DNA of 64,000 nt from assembly GCA_034420475.1 (NCBI GenBank), contig DAOULH010000011.1, positions 12,762 to 76,761 of the forward strand. Direction: 5' to 3'. The notes under the pieces were generated by a model. The model did not search any database. It was not told where the DNA came from and was given only the letters and a program-made list of their open reading frames with translations. The position numbers and the translations under genes were made by a program. Source of the DNA: Dehalococcoidia bacterium (GTDB lineage: Bacteria; Chloroflexota; Dehalococcoidia; Lucifugimonadales; UBA3495). Positions 1 to 9,243 of this stretch are shown here, piece by piece (within the stretch, counting starts at the first letter, position 1; each line of letters starts with the position of its first letter).

Positions 1-146
1 CGGACAGCATCGGGCAGATGTTCCGCGTTGGGATAGTCCTGGCCGGCCTCCAGGAGCAGAACCGAGCGGTTGGGGTCCTCCGACAATCGACTCGCAACCA
101 CGGAACCTGCGGAACCGGAGCCCACGACAATCACGTCATACTTCAT
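1..146 (-). CDS. GMC-family (choline dehydrogenase-like) oxidoreductase, N-terminal fragment; runs off window edge
   Basis: Manual translation from ATG at 146 (minus): [39 protein letters not shown], a GxGxxG FAD-binding start followed by the RLSED..VLLLEAG motif typical of GMC enzymes. Not in ORF track because truncated. Confidence 0.8.
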   Translation of the reverse strand, partial: MKYDVIVVGSGSAGSVVASRLSEDPNRSVLLLEAGQDYPNAEHLPDAV

Positions 147-222
147 GGCCAAGCCCTCGCTTGCGGTTTCGGATGGGCGATTCTACACTATCGCACCGAC
201 AAGAACTGTCCTGAGGTTGATG

Positions 223-1035
223 ATGGCAACCCCCAAAACACCGGCCGATATTCCGATGCTACCCTACCGCCGGCAGGGCGAGATTGACTATGCCAGCCTG
301 GAGTTCGACCCCAATGAGAAGAATGTGACCCCTGACGCCATGGAACAGAACCTCGAACTGGCGGAAATACTTGGCCTCTTCCGCGCTCGTTTCACCGACT
401 TCAACCAGCGCCCCGATGTGTTTCTGGATAATGAAACCTTTATCTGCTACGACCCGAGCAACCTGAACGTGCGGGCTGCGCCCGACATATATCTGGCCTT
501 TGGCGTGGACGCGGTGGCGATTCGACCCCGCAAAATCTACCTGCCCTGGGAGGTGGGGAAGCCGCCCGACTGGGCGATGGAAATCGCGTCCGAGAGTACA
601 GCCAGCGCAGACGTCAACCGTAAACCTGCCATCTATGCAGCCATAGGCATCCCGGAATTCTGGCGCTTTGACCCCACTGGCGGGCGGTATCACGGGCAGC
701 CGATGTGGGCTGGCGAGTTGGTTGACGGGGAGTACCGGGAGCTGCCGCAAACCCGCGAACCCGATGGCATCCTCAAGGTGTACAGCCCGCTGCTGGGCAT
801 CAGCCTGTGTTGGGATGACAGCTGGCCCCGGGTGTATGACCCGGCCACCCAAACCTACGACCGGAATTGGCGGGCGGAACAAGCCTATGCAATCGCGGTC
901 CGGGATCAGCGGGACGCGGCGCGCGAAGAACGCGACGCCGCTCAGGCGGAAGTCGAACGGCTGCAGGAACTGCTGCGCCGGAGCAACGGCGAAGAAAATG
1001 AAAATGAAACTGAAGGAGATGCCACGCCATGCTGA
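223..1035 (+). CDS. Uma2/DUF820 family putative restriction-like endonuclease with C-terminal coiled coil
   Basis: ORF 70..1035; likely start ATG 223 after GAGG. Motifs APDIYLAFG, KPPDWAMEIASEST, YAAIGIPEFWRFDP. Confidence 0.8.
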   Translation: MATPKTPADIPMLPYRRQGEIDYASLEFDPNEKNVTPDAMEQNLELAEILGLFRARFTDFNQRPDVFLDNETFICYDPSNLNVRAAPDIYLAFGVDAVAIRPRKIYLPWEVGKPPDWAMEIASESTASADVNRKPAIYAAIGIPEFWRFDPTGGRYHGQPMWAGELVDGEYRELPQTREPDGILKVYSPLLGISLCWDDSWPRVYDPATQTYDRNWRAEQAYAIAVRDQRDAAREERDAAQAEVERLQELLRRSNGEENENETEGDATPC

Positions 1036-1565
1036 CCGACCCGCAGGAATTCCTGCGCTACTTTGACGGCATCCACCGCCGCACGGTGCGGGACATCCAG
1101 GCCCTGCCGGCTCCCGCCGAGTCGTGGGCGCCGCCGGCGGGCGAGGGCGAGAACGCGTGGAGCATCGCCCAGATCGTGCATCACATCTGCGAGTCGCGGA
1201 TGTACTTCGCACGGGCCTACCGCAATGAGGGGTGGCTGTACGACTGGGAGGTGCCCAGCACCGCGTCGCTGGACGATTGGGTCCCGGCGCTGGATGCCTC
1301 GGCAGCGGAGTTTCGCAGCCGCATCGAGGGCACGCCCGCGGACTGGCTGACCCGTCGCATCAAGATGATCGACACCGACGGGATGCTCAGCGGCTGGCGG
1401 ATCCTGATGATGCTGGTGGAACACGAGGTGCATCACCGCTCGCAGATCGACACCTACGCCGGTATGCAGGGCTGGGACGTGCCGCAGATCTACGGCCGGA
1501 CCCGCGAGCAGATTGACGAGTTGCAGGAAGGGCAGCGGGAACAGGCGGGATCTACCGACGATTAG
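1029..1565 (+). CDS. DinB/YfiT-like putative metalloenzyme
   Basis: WSIAQIVHHI and EHEVHHRSQI motifs; overlaps the Uma2 stop. Confidence 0.75.
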   Translation: MLTDPQEFLRYFDGIHRRTVRDIQALPAPAESWAPPAGEGENAWSIAQIVHHICESRMYFARAYRNEGWLYDWEVPSTASLDDWVPALDASAAEFRSRIEGTPADWLTRRIKMIDTDGMLSGWRILMMLVEHEVHHRSQIDTYAGMQGWDVPQIYGRTREQIDELQEGQREQAGSTDD

Positions 1566-1574
1566 CGACTGCGA

Positions 1575-2147
1575 TCAGGGGTTGATCGCGCCGCTGCGGT
1601 TCTGGACGATGAAAGTCTCGCGCCTTTCCAGGTAGTCGTCGACGAGGTTCAGCAGGGCTTGGGGGCGGTCTGCGGCGATGTCGTGGCCGGCGTCGTACAC
1701 GTAGGCGACGTTGCAGTTGGGAATGTGGCTGCGGTAGATGCTGGGGGCCGTCGGGTCGATTGTGTCGTCCGCCTGTCCGAAGACGGCTAGGGTGGGGCAC
1801 TGGATTTCGGCGAGGCGTGATTCCAGATCCTGAGAGGCGTCGGCCGGCTCGTCGGCGTGTCTAACCGCCAGGGGCGATACCAGGACCAGCGCCGTCACAC
1901 TGTCCGGAGATTGCAGCGCGTGGCGGATGGCCACCGACGCGGCGGACGAAACGCCGATCAGCCCGTATGGTCCGGACGTCAGCGGGGCCACCAGGGAAGC
2001 GATCTGCTCCTCAGCCCCGCTGCCCCAATTGTCCAGATGGGGTTCCAGCACCACCCATCGCTGCGCCAGGCCGTCGCGTAGAGCGGAGGAAGAATGGTCG
2101 AGTCCGTCGACGATGACGACGTTAGCGCGTACCGGTTCGGACGCCAC
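1575..2147 (-). CDS. Alpha/beta hydrolase fold protein
   Basis: Within ORF 1575..2267; likely GTG start 2147 with AGGAG RBS directly after the LLM stop. Motifs GVSSAA, IQCPTLAVFGQAD, DAGHDIAAD. Confidence 0.7.
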   Translation of the reverse strand: MASEPVRANVVIVDGLDHSSSALRDGLAQRWVVLEPHLDNWGSGAEEQIASLVAPLTSGPYGLIGVSSAASVAIRHALQSPDSVTALVLVSPLAVRHADEPADASQDLESRLAEIQCPTLAVFGQADDTIDPTAPSIYRSHIPNCNVAYVYDAGHDIAADRPQALLNLVDDYLERRETFIVQNRSGAINP

Positions 2148-2149
2148 GG

Positions 2150-3253
2150 CTACAACTCCTTGAGGCGAGGCAAGACCTCGCGGCCGAACAGGTCGATCTC
2201 GGCCATCACGTCGCGGTGGGTCAGGCTGGGCTGCTGGAAGAACAGGTCGATGACGCCGGTGCCGCACCGGTCGTGGTAGGCCTTGATCTGCTCGAAGACG
2301 GTATCAGGACCGCCGACGAAGGTGAGGCCGGGAGCGCCGCCCACGATGTCGCCGCTGGCGCTGCCGGCGAACACGTTGCGGTAGTCAACGTCCTGGCCGG
2401 AGCGGGAGGCCTGGATCACCTGGGACACCGAGGAGCGCAGCGCCATGCCGGGGGCGCGGCCCTCGTCGGTCTGCGCGTTAAACCAGTCCTGGGCTTCGCG
2501 GTCGGTTTCGGCCAGGTAGATGCTGCCGCGAAACACCAACTGGTCCGGTTCCGGCTGCCAGCCGGCCTCGTCGCACCAGTGGAGGTATTTTTCGGTGATG
2601 CCCGCCACCTGCTCCGAGGGCACGAAGGATACGCCGAGGCCCAACCCGTGCGCGGCAGCGTACTGCACCGCGTCGTCGCTGCGGGTGGCGACCAGGGCGG
2701 ACGGGAAAGGCTGCTGCACCGGCCGAGGCCACACGGCCACGGTGCGGTACTGGTAATAGCGTCCTTCCCAGGAGAAGGGTTCGGGTTCGGTCATGGCCTT
2801 CAATATCAGGTCCATGCCTTCGAGGAGGCGGCCCCGGCCTTCCGAGGGGTGGACGCCGTAGACCTGGTCCTCGTTGGGAGTGCCGCGCAGGAAGCCCATC
2901 ACCAGGCGGCCGTTGGTGATGTTGTCCAGCAGGGTCAGCTCTTCCGCCGCCCGGACCGGGTTGTTGAGGGGCAGCAGGGGGCCGAGCATGGCGATCTTCA
3001 CCGACTTGCATCGCTCCGCCACCGCGGCGGCCATAACCGCGGGCGTGCCGGTGGCGATGCGGCCGGAGTAGTGGTGCTCGGAGAAGCTGACCCACTCGAA
3101 GCCCATTTCCTCGGCGAACTCGCACTCTTCAATGCCGTCCTGGTAGCTCTGCACCGAGGTCGTGGGGTCGCTGTAGGACGGCGGCGTGGGCCAGGTGGGC
3201 GGGAAGTCCCGCCGGTGGGCGTACCCCATGGCGCCGAGATAGGATGCTTTCAT
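2150..3253 (-). CDS. Luciferase-like (LLM class) flavin-dependent monooxygenase
   Basis: FSEHHY, PVRAAEELTLLDNITNGRLVMGFLRG, GGPDTV..QI, IDLFGREVLP motifs. Confidence 0.9.
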   Translation of the reverse strand: MKASYLGAMGYAHRRDFPPTWPTPPSYSDPTTSVQSYQDGIEECEFAEEMGFEWVSFSEHHYSGRIATGTPAVMAAAVAERCKSVKIAMLGPLLPLNNPVRAAEELTLLDNITNGRLVMGFLRGTPNEDQVYGVHPSEGRGRLLEGMDLILKAMTEPEPFSWEGRYYQYRTVAVWPRPVQQPFPSALVATRSDDAVQYAAAHGLGLGVSFVPSEQVAGITEKYLHWCDEAGWQPEPDQLVFRGSIYLAETDREAQDWFNAQTDEGRAPGMALRSSVSQVIQASRSGQDVDYRNVFAGSASGDIVGGAPGLTFVGGPDTVFEQIKAYHDRCGTGVIDLFFQQPSLTHRDVMAEIDLFGREVLPRLKEL

Positions 3254-3332
3254 GCTGCGATGCTCCTGCGATCCTTCCTGGCGTTGCCGCCAACGTTGCT
3301 ATGCGGGTGCGCGTCAAGCGAGACTGACGACG

Positions 3333-3794
3333 TTAACGCTGGCCGCGCCGCTCCTCGAAGCTGGCGGTGATCGCCTGCTCGGCGCGCTTGCTGTGCTCGG
3401 CGATGAACTGTTCGAGGCGACGGATTTCGGCGGCAGTGTCCGATGCAGCGTCGTGCCGGGCGGTTTGTTGCTTCAATTGGCTGAGTTCCTTGCGGGCCTT
3501 GTCCACCTGCTCCACCGACTCCAGCGCAGCTAGTTCGTCCAGCGCAGCCTGCTTGATCGTAAGCACACGCCGGCGGTTCTCCTCGGCATCGCGCAGCCGC
3601 TCTTCGACCTCGCCCATGGCCGAGAGCGCCATTTCCAGCGGGGCGCGGCCGTAGATGGTCTGGCGGGGCAGCCGGCGCAACTGGGTGCGGAACTGGGCGA
3701 TGCTGGCGTCCAGCTGTTCTTCCTTGTGGCGAATTTCCGCCAGGGAGAGGCGCAGGGCCGCCATGGCTTGTTGCAGTTGAGAAACGGAAGACAT
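3333..3794 (-). CDS. Hypothetical all-alpha coiled-coil protein
   Basis: ORF 3333..3851; likely start ATG 3794 (MSSVSQLQQAM...). Heptad-rich, no recognisable motif. Confidence 0.6.
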   Translation of the reverse strand: MSSVSQLQQAMAALRLSLAEIRHKEEQLDASIAQFRTQLRRLPRQTIYGRAPLEMALSAMGEVEERLRDAEENRRRVLTIKQAALDELAALESVEQVDKARKELSQLKQQTARHDAASDTAAEIRRLEQFIAEHSKRAEQAITASFEERRGQR

Positions 3795-3807
3795 GATAGT
3801 AGATAAG

Positions 3808-3834
3808 CGTGGGGGCGAATGACTATTCGCCCCC
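3808..3834. repeat. GTRG-type REP-like hairpin, also a plausible terminator of the upstream minus-strand aminotransferase
   Basis: cGTGGGGGCGAAT-GACT-ATTCGCCCCC: perfect 10-bp stem 3811-3820 / 3825-3834. Confidence 0.5.
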
Positions 3835-3854
3835 GACTGAGTTTCGTGCACGAA

Positions 3855-4970
3855 TTAACTCTTGAAGCCGACCTTGGGCAGCACGCGCTCCAGGGCTTCC
3901 AGGACCTCGGTGATGTCATCCTTGGTCACCCAACCCAAGTGACCGATGCGGAAGCAATGGCCGGTGAGCTTGCCCTGGCCGCCGGCCAGGACGACGCCTT
4001 CGTCTTCACGCATCATGGACATGAACCGGCCGCCGTCGATGTCCTCGGGCATCTTGATGCCGGTGACGGTGTTGGAGGCGCGGGATTCGTCGTTGGCGAG
4101 AAGCTCGAGGCCCAGGGCCTTGACGCCGGCGCGGCAGTAAGCGGCAACCTCGGCGTGACGCTCGTACACGGTCTCCAGTCCTTCGCCAATGATGTGGTCC
4201 AGCCCCAACCGCAGGCCGTAGAGCAGTGCGACGTTGGGCGTCCACGGGGTCTGGCCGCGGGACAGAGACCGTTCGGCGGCCATCAGGTCGAAGTAGAAGC
4301 GGGGCATCTTGGCGTCCTGATAGGCTTCCCAGCCCCGGGCACTGATGCTGATGAAGGCCAGGCCAGGCGGGATCATAAAGCCTTTCTGGGAGCCGGTGGC
4401 CACGAGGTCGCAGTGCCAGCCGTCCACCGGGAGGGGGATGCAGCCCAGGCTGCTCACGGCGTCAACCAGCAGCAGCTTGTCGAACTCGCCCTTGACCACG
4501 CGGGCGATGGATTCCAGGTCGTGGGTAACGCCGGTGGAAGTCTCGTTGTGGGTGACGAGCACCGCCTTGATTTCGGAGTCTTTCCGGAGCTCGGCGCGGA
4601 TGGCCTCGGGGTCGATGGCGTCGCCCCACTCGAAGTCCATGCGGGTCACGTCGGCGCCGTAGCCCTCGGCGATCTGCACGAAACGGTCGCCGAAAGACCC
4701 AGCGGTGGCGGCGATGACCTTGTCGCCGGGGGACAAGGTATTGACCACCGCGGCTTCCAGTGCGCCGGTGCCGCTGGAGGTGAGGATATAGAGGTCATTG
4801 TTGGTCATGAAGACCTGCTTGAGACCGGCGGTGGTGGCCTCGATCAGCTCCTTGAACTCGGGACCCCGGTGGTTGATCATGGGCAGGGACATCTCGTCGA
4901 CGATGTCGTCGGGGATGGGAGTGGGACCGGGGGTACGCAGGTTCTGGGGCGCAATCTTGGTCAAGGTCAT
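3855..4970 (-). CDS. Class V PLP aminotransferase (alanine-glyoxylate/serine-pyruvate type)
   Basis: LRTPGPTP, THNETSTGV, LVDAVSSLG, TGSQKGFMIPPGL (PLP Lys), FRIGHLG. Confidence 0.9.
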   Translation of the reverse strand: MTLTKIAPQNLRTPGPTPIPDDIVDEMSLPMINHRGPEFKELIEATTAGLKQVFMTNNDLYILTSSGTGALEAAVVNTLSPGDKVIAATAGSFGDRFVQIAEGYGADVTRMDFEWGDAIDPEAIRAELRKDSEIKAVLVTHNETSTGVTHDLESIARVVKGEFDKLLLVDAVSSLGCIPLPVDGWHCDLVATGSQKGFMIPPGLAFISISARGWEAYQDAKMPRFYFDLMAAERSLSRGQTPWTPNVALLYGLRLGLDHIIGEGLETVYERHAEVAAYCRAGVKALGLELLANDESRASNTVTGIKMPEDIDGGRFMSMMREDEGVVLAGGQGKLTGHCFRIGHLGWVTKDDITEVLEALERVLPKVGFKS

Positions 4971-5105
4971 TGGGAAAGCTCCTGGGAGTCACGCAAAGGC
5001 GCGAGGTCCGGTTTTATGAGGTGAATCAGTCCCCGGCATAGCGCGTGTTGGGACGGCGAATAACAGCGTGATTTGTTCACACGCAGCCATTATTATAGCA
5101 AGGAT

Positions 5106-5738
5106 TTACGAATCCGTTCCGGGCACGCCCGTTTCGTCGCCCTCGCTGCCGGGGTCGCCGAGCAGGAATTCGCCCACGGTCAGCACCACGTCAGGGAAGG
5201 CGCGGGGGCTGATCCGGCCGTCGGCCGGGACTATCCGGCTGCTCCGGTAAGCGCCATCAACCGGGTCGTGGAAGGCTTCGACTTCGCGGGCGGGTACGTT
5301 GGCGATCCACACCTCGGGGATGCCGGCGGCAGCGTAGAGGGGTAGTTTCACGTCGTGGTCGGAACGCAGAGAGCTGTCTGCGATCTCGATCACCAACAGC
5401 ACGTCAGCCGGCGTGGGCCGGTTCCTGTGATAGTCCTCGCGGAGACGGACGATTGCGATGTCGGGTTCAGGAAGACCGTAATTGTTGAGGCGGACTGAGC
5501 TTTGTACGCGGACCCAGGCGCGGTCGCCTATTCGGAGGATCAGATCTTTGCTCAACCGGGTGGTTCCGTCTTCGTGGGGTGGTCCGATGGGAGGCATTAC
5601 GAATATTTCTCCGTCCAGCAACTCGACGCGCTCTTCTTCGGCCAGGATGCCGGCCTCGGCCATGGCGCAGTATTCTTCCACGGTGAAGCGGCGCCGGGTC
5701 GGCGCGGCGGTTTGTGCTGGCAAGGCGGTTGTCGTCAT
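5106..5738 (-). CDS. Uma2/DUF820 family endonuclease (tandem copy 1)
   Basis: RRRFTVEEY, ERVELLDGEI, PEPDIAIV, LLVIEIADSSL..D..VKLPLYAAAGIPEVW. Confidence 0.85.
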   Translation of the reverse strand: MTTTALPAQTAAPTRRRFTVEEYCAMAEAGILAEEERVELLDGEIFVMPPIGPPHEDGTTRLSKDLILRIGDRAWVRVQSSVRLNNYGLPEPDIAIVRLREDYHRNRPTPADVLLVIEIADSSLRSDHDVKLPLYAAAGIPEVWIANVPAREVEAFHDPVDGAYRSSRIVPADGRISPRAFPDVVLTVGEFLLGDPGSEGDETGVPGTDS

Positions 5739-5747
5739 GGCGTCACC

Positions 5748-6332
5748 TTATTCAAGGAGGAAGTCGCCCACGGTCAGTTCGACGTCGGGGAAGGCGCGGG
5801 GGCTGATCCGGCCGTCGGCCGGGACTATCCGGCTGCTCCGATAAACGCCGTCAACCGGGTCGTGGAAGGCTTCGACATGGCGGGCGGGTACGTTGGCGAT
5901 CCAAACCTCCGGAATGCCCGCTTCAGCGTAGCGGGACAATTTGGCCTCACGGTCGCGCCGTAGCGAGCTATCGGATACTTCAACGATCAGTAGCACGTCG
6001 GTGGGGGTGGGATGCGCCCGGTGGTAGCCGTCTCTCAATCGCAGCACGGCGATGTCGGGAACGGGTAGGTTCAGATCATCGAGCTGAACCGGGCCTTGAA
6101 CCCGGACGCGAGCACGACCTCGCAACGAAAACTTGAAAAAATCATCGAATTGGTCTGTGCCGTCCGCGTGAGGTGGTCCGATGGGGGGCATGATGAATAT
6201 TTCTCCGTCGAGCAACTCGAGACGCTCCTCGGGATGAAAAATGCCGGCTTGGTCCATGGCAAGAACTTCGTCCACGGTGAAGCGGCGCCGGGTCGGCGCG
6301 GCGGTTTGTGCTGGGGCGGCGGTGGTCGTCAT
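5748..6332 (-). CDS. Uma2/DUF820 family endonuclease (tandem copy 2)
   Basis: RRRFTVDEV, ERLELLDGEI, PVPDIAVL, LLIVEVSDSSL..DREAKLSRYAEAGIPEVW. Confidence 0.85.
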   Translation of the reverse strand: MTTTAAPAQTAAPTRRRFTVDEVLAMDQAGIFHPEERLELLDGEIFIMPPIGPPHADGTDQFDDFFKFSLRGRARVRVQGPVQLDDLNLPVPDIAVLRLRDGYHRAHPTPTDVLLIVEVSDSSLRRDREAKLSRYAEAGIPEVWIANVPARHVEAFHDPVDGVYRSSRIVPADGRISPRAFPDVELTVGDFLLE

Positions 6333-6348
6333 GGCGTCACCTTGCGGG

Positions 6349-7632
6349 CTAGATGCTGCCGGAGAGCTGGTTGATCACCAACCCGGTGGGGAGTTTGGGG
6401 TAGAAGAAGGTGGACTTGGGCGGAAGGCGGTTGCCGGCGCTGACGATCTGGCGGAAGGGTTCCAGCGGGAAGGGCTTGAGCAGGATGGCCGCCTGCTGCT
6501 CGCCGACGTTGACCTGCTGGACGATGGCCGCCTGGTCGGGGCTGTAGTCGATGTGCTGGGCCAGGGCGTCTCCGAGTACCGGCAACAGCACCCGCTCCTG
6601 CAGCACCCACGCTTCGGATACCGCCAACTGGCCCCATGAGGTCCAGTCAATATCCGACCGCAGGGTGTGGATGGTTGGTGGGGCGTCGGCCCAGAAGACG
6701 GCGAAGCAGTGGGAGTTTTCGCCGATGCGGGCAACGTCGGCCACTGCCGCCTCGGGCGTGATGTCGGGGTTCAGGGGACGCGAGTCGAAATACTCGTCCA
6801 TCCCGGCGCGCACGGCGTCAAGCTGCTCGGCCGACATGCCGCCGGCGACGCGGTGGTAGGGCAGCAGGAGCAGGCCGGGGTCGTCGAACTCGACCAGGGT
6901 CATCATCACGTAGTTGCTGGCGGCCGCGTCGTCGGTTTGCTCAGCGTCGGGGCGGCTGCGCCGGTAGCGGAGCGCGGCCTCGTAGCGATGGTGGCCGTCG
7001 GCGAGGAAGACGGGGCGACCGGCAAAGCTGTCGATGATGTTCGACTGGATCGCCGGTTCGCCGATGTGCCAGAACTCGGCGGTTCCGCCGGCGGGCGTGG
7101 CCGCGGTCGCGTCCGCAGGTACGGCGACGATGGCATCGAATATGCGTTGCAGGTCGCCGGCCGCGTCGCGGTACAGGGACATGATGGGGCTGAACTGGGC
7201 CTGGCAGGCGTCCAGCAGCGCCACCCGATCCAGCACCGACGGCTCGCGGGTGAACTCGTGGGGCAGAACGGAGCCGGCGTCGTAGTCCTCGACCAGCACG
7301 TCGGCGAACAGCCCCAGGTGCTGGTAGCGGCGTCCGCCAAAGTCGTAGGCGTGCCGCATCAGGTAGAAGGAGGCCGCGTCGTCCTGGCGTATGACGCCGT
7401 CGGCGAGCCAGCGTTGGAACAGTCCTGCGGCCTGCTGATAGCCGGCCTGCGGGTCCACCGGGTCCGGTTGCTCGCCGCCCTCGAGATGGACCGCGTTGTA
7501 GGGGCTGCGCTGCTGCAACTCGGTCTTCAGCTGCGGTCCGATCATGTCGTAGGGCGGGCAGATGACAGAGGACAGGTTGCCCACTGAGGTGGGATCGTAG
7601 CGGCAGCCGCGGAAGGGTTTGATGGTGGCCAT
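6349..7632 (-). CDS. DUF1015 domain protein
   Basis: N-terminal IKPFRGCRY, PPYDMI, LPHEFT, FLADGHHRYEAA and C-terminal LPPKSTFFYPKLPTGLV, all characteristic of DUF1015. Confidence 0.85.
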   Translation of the reverse strand: MATIKPFRGCRYDPTSVGNLSSVICPPYDMIGPQLKTELQQRSPYNAVHLEGGEQPDPVDPQAGYQQAAGLFQRWLADGVIRQDDAASFYLMRHAYDFGGRRYQHLGLFADVLVEDYDAGSVLPHEFTREPSVLDRVALLDACQAQFSPIMSLYRDAAGDLQRIFDAIVAVPADATAATPAGGTAEFWHIGEPAIQSNIIDSFAGRPVFLADGHHRYEAALRYRRSRPDAEQTDDAAASNYVMMTLVEFDDPGLLLLPYHRVAGGMSAEQLDAVRAGMDEYFDSRPLNPDITPEAAVADVARIGENSHCFAVFWADAPPTIHTLRSDIDWTSWGQLAVSEAWVLQERVLLPVLGDALAQHIDYSPDQAAIVQQVNVGEQQAAILLKPFPLEPFRQIVSAGNRLPPKSTFFYPKLPTGLVINQLSGSI

Positions 7633-7848
7633 GGCAGGTTAGGCTCCGGGTTCTCGGTTGGGTTGCATTATACGATAGCGGGCCGGGTCGGCATTGGAGT
7701 GTGTCCCGTGGCTCTGCGTCGGCCGAGCAGACGGTGAAGCTCGGTGCGCATGGTATATTGCGAATAAGTAAGGACTGAGCGAGTACGACAAGTCGCGACC
7801 ACCCGGAGCTTGGATCAGCTGTGCAAGCCGTATGAAGGGCAGGCTATC

Positions 7849-9237
7849 GTGAAAAAGGGATTACTGTTCAATGTTGTAGCGTTGCTGATGGCGCTGTCGT
7901 TGGCATGGGGCGGCCTGGCTGCGGCCGTCAGCGCCTACGGGACCGATGCCCCTTTGCAGGCCGCCGTGATTACGCGCGCGCCACTCTCGGCGGTTGACGA
8001 TGTTGATGAGGATGACGAGGGGGATGACGCTGTTCCTCCCACGGACAACGATGGGATCCAGACGCCGTACACCGACAACGACGGGGTAGACACCACCGAC
8101 AACGACAACATCGACACGCCATATACGGACAACGACGGTGTTGATACCCCCATCGTAACGGACGGCGATGGCACGGACAGCGACGGTATAGATACTCCAC
8201 CCACGGACGGCGACGGGTTTGACACACCTTACACCGATGGCGATGGCGTGGACACCACGGATAACGATGGGATCGAGACGCCGTATACGGACAACGACGG
8301 AGTAGACACCACCGACAACGATAACATCGACACGCCGTACACGGATAACGACGGGAACGATACGGTGGAGGACACCGACGATGATGGCACCGACAGCGAC
8401 GGTATCAACACGCCGGCGACGGACGATGACGGGGTAGAAACGCCGTACACGGATGGGGACGGAGTGGATACCACGGACAACGATGGGATCGAGACGCCGT
8501 ACACCGACAACGACGGCGTGGATACTACTGACAATGACGGCATCCATACGCCGTACACTGATAACGACGGTGTCGACACCCCCGTTGTGACCGACAACGA
8601 TGGCACTGACAGTGATGGCATAAACACACCGACAACTGACGGTGACGGTATAGAAACTCCGTACACCGACAATGACGGCGTGGATACCACCGACAACGAT
8701 GGGATCGAGACACTGTACACTGACAACGACGGCGTGGATACCACCGACAATGACGGCATCCATACGCCATACACTGATAACGACGGCGTCGACACTCCCG
8801 TTGTGACCGACAACGACGGCACGGACAGTGACGGTATAGACACGCCGACGACTGACAATGATGGGGTAAATACTCCCTACACCGACAATGACGGTGTGGA
8901 TACCACGGATAACGACGGTATAAACACTGCAACCGCCACCGATAATGATGGTACGGACAGTGATGGCGTCAACACTCCAGCAACTGACAACGACGGTGTA
9001 GACACGCCCACGCCCTCGCCGGTGACACCCTCGCCGGTAACGCCCTCGCCGGTAACGCCCTCGCCGGTGACACCCTCGCCGGTGACGCCGTCGCCAGTAA
9101 CACCCTCACCAGTAACGCCTTCGCCCGCAACGCCATCGCCCGCAACGCCATCGCCCGCAACACCCTCACCGGTAACGCCGTCGCCACAGACACCAATTTC
9201 TGGCAGCGATGACTCGGATGACGACAGCGGCAGCTAA
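7849..9237 (+). CDS. Secreted acidic Asp/Thr-rich tandem-repeat protein (36 TDxDx units, 12 TPSP units)
   Basis: ORF 7810..9237; likely GTG start 7849 giving signal peptide VKKGLLFNVVALLMALSLAWGGLAAAVSA. Repeats are conserved at protein level with synonymous codon variation, which supports this strand and frame. Confidence 0.8.
   Translation: MKKGLLFNVVALLMALSLAWGGLAAAVSAYGTDAPLQAAVITRAPLSAVDDVDEDDEGDDAVPPTDNDGIQTPYTDNDGVDTTDNDNIDTPYTDNDGVDTPIVTDGDGTDSDGIDTPPTDGDGFDTPYTDGDGVDTTDNDGIETPYTDNDGVDTTDNDNIDTPYTDNDGNDTVEDTDDDGTDSDGINTPATDDDGVETPYTDGDGVDTTDNDGIETPYTDNDGVDTTDNDGIHTPYTDNDGVDTPVVTDNDGTDSDGINTPTTDGDGIETPYTDNDGVDTTDNDGIETLYTDNDGVDTTDNDGIHTPYTDNDGVDTPVVTDNDGTDSDGIDTPTTDNDGVNTPYTDNDGVDTTDNDGINTATATDNDGTDSDGVNTPATDNDGVDTPTPSPVTPSPVTPSPVTPSPVTPSPVTPSPVTPSPVTPSPATPSPATPSPATPSPVTPSPQTPISGSDDSDDDSGS
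8041..9009 (+). repeat. Coding tandem repeat, TD(N/G/S/D)D(G/N) units of 5-11 aa
   Basis: Counted 36 units in the translation, with a 72-aa higher-order period. Confidence 0.9.
9010..9189 (+). repeat. Coding 15-bp tandem repeat, 12 x TPSP(V/A/Q)
   Basis: ACRCCNTCRCCNGTR-like units counted directly in DNA: 7 TPSPV, 3 TPSPA, 1 TPSPV, 1 TPSPQ. Confidence 0.95.
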
Positions 9238-9243
9238 CACTCC

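Noticed and set aside
5106-6342. Integron cassette array
   Set aside because: No attC-like palindromes between the Uma2 copies and no integrase in the window.
7849-9237. CRISPR array or DGR template suggested by repeated DNA
   Set aside because: The repeats are in-frame coding units with wobble variation and no unique spacers; no cas or reverse transcriptase gene is present.
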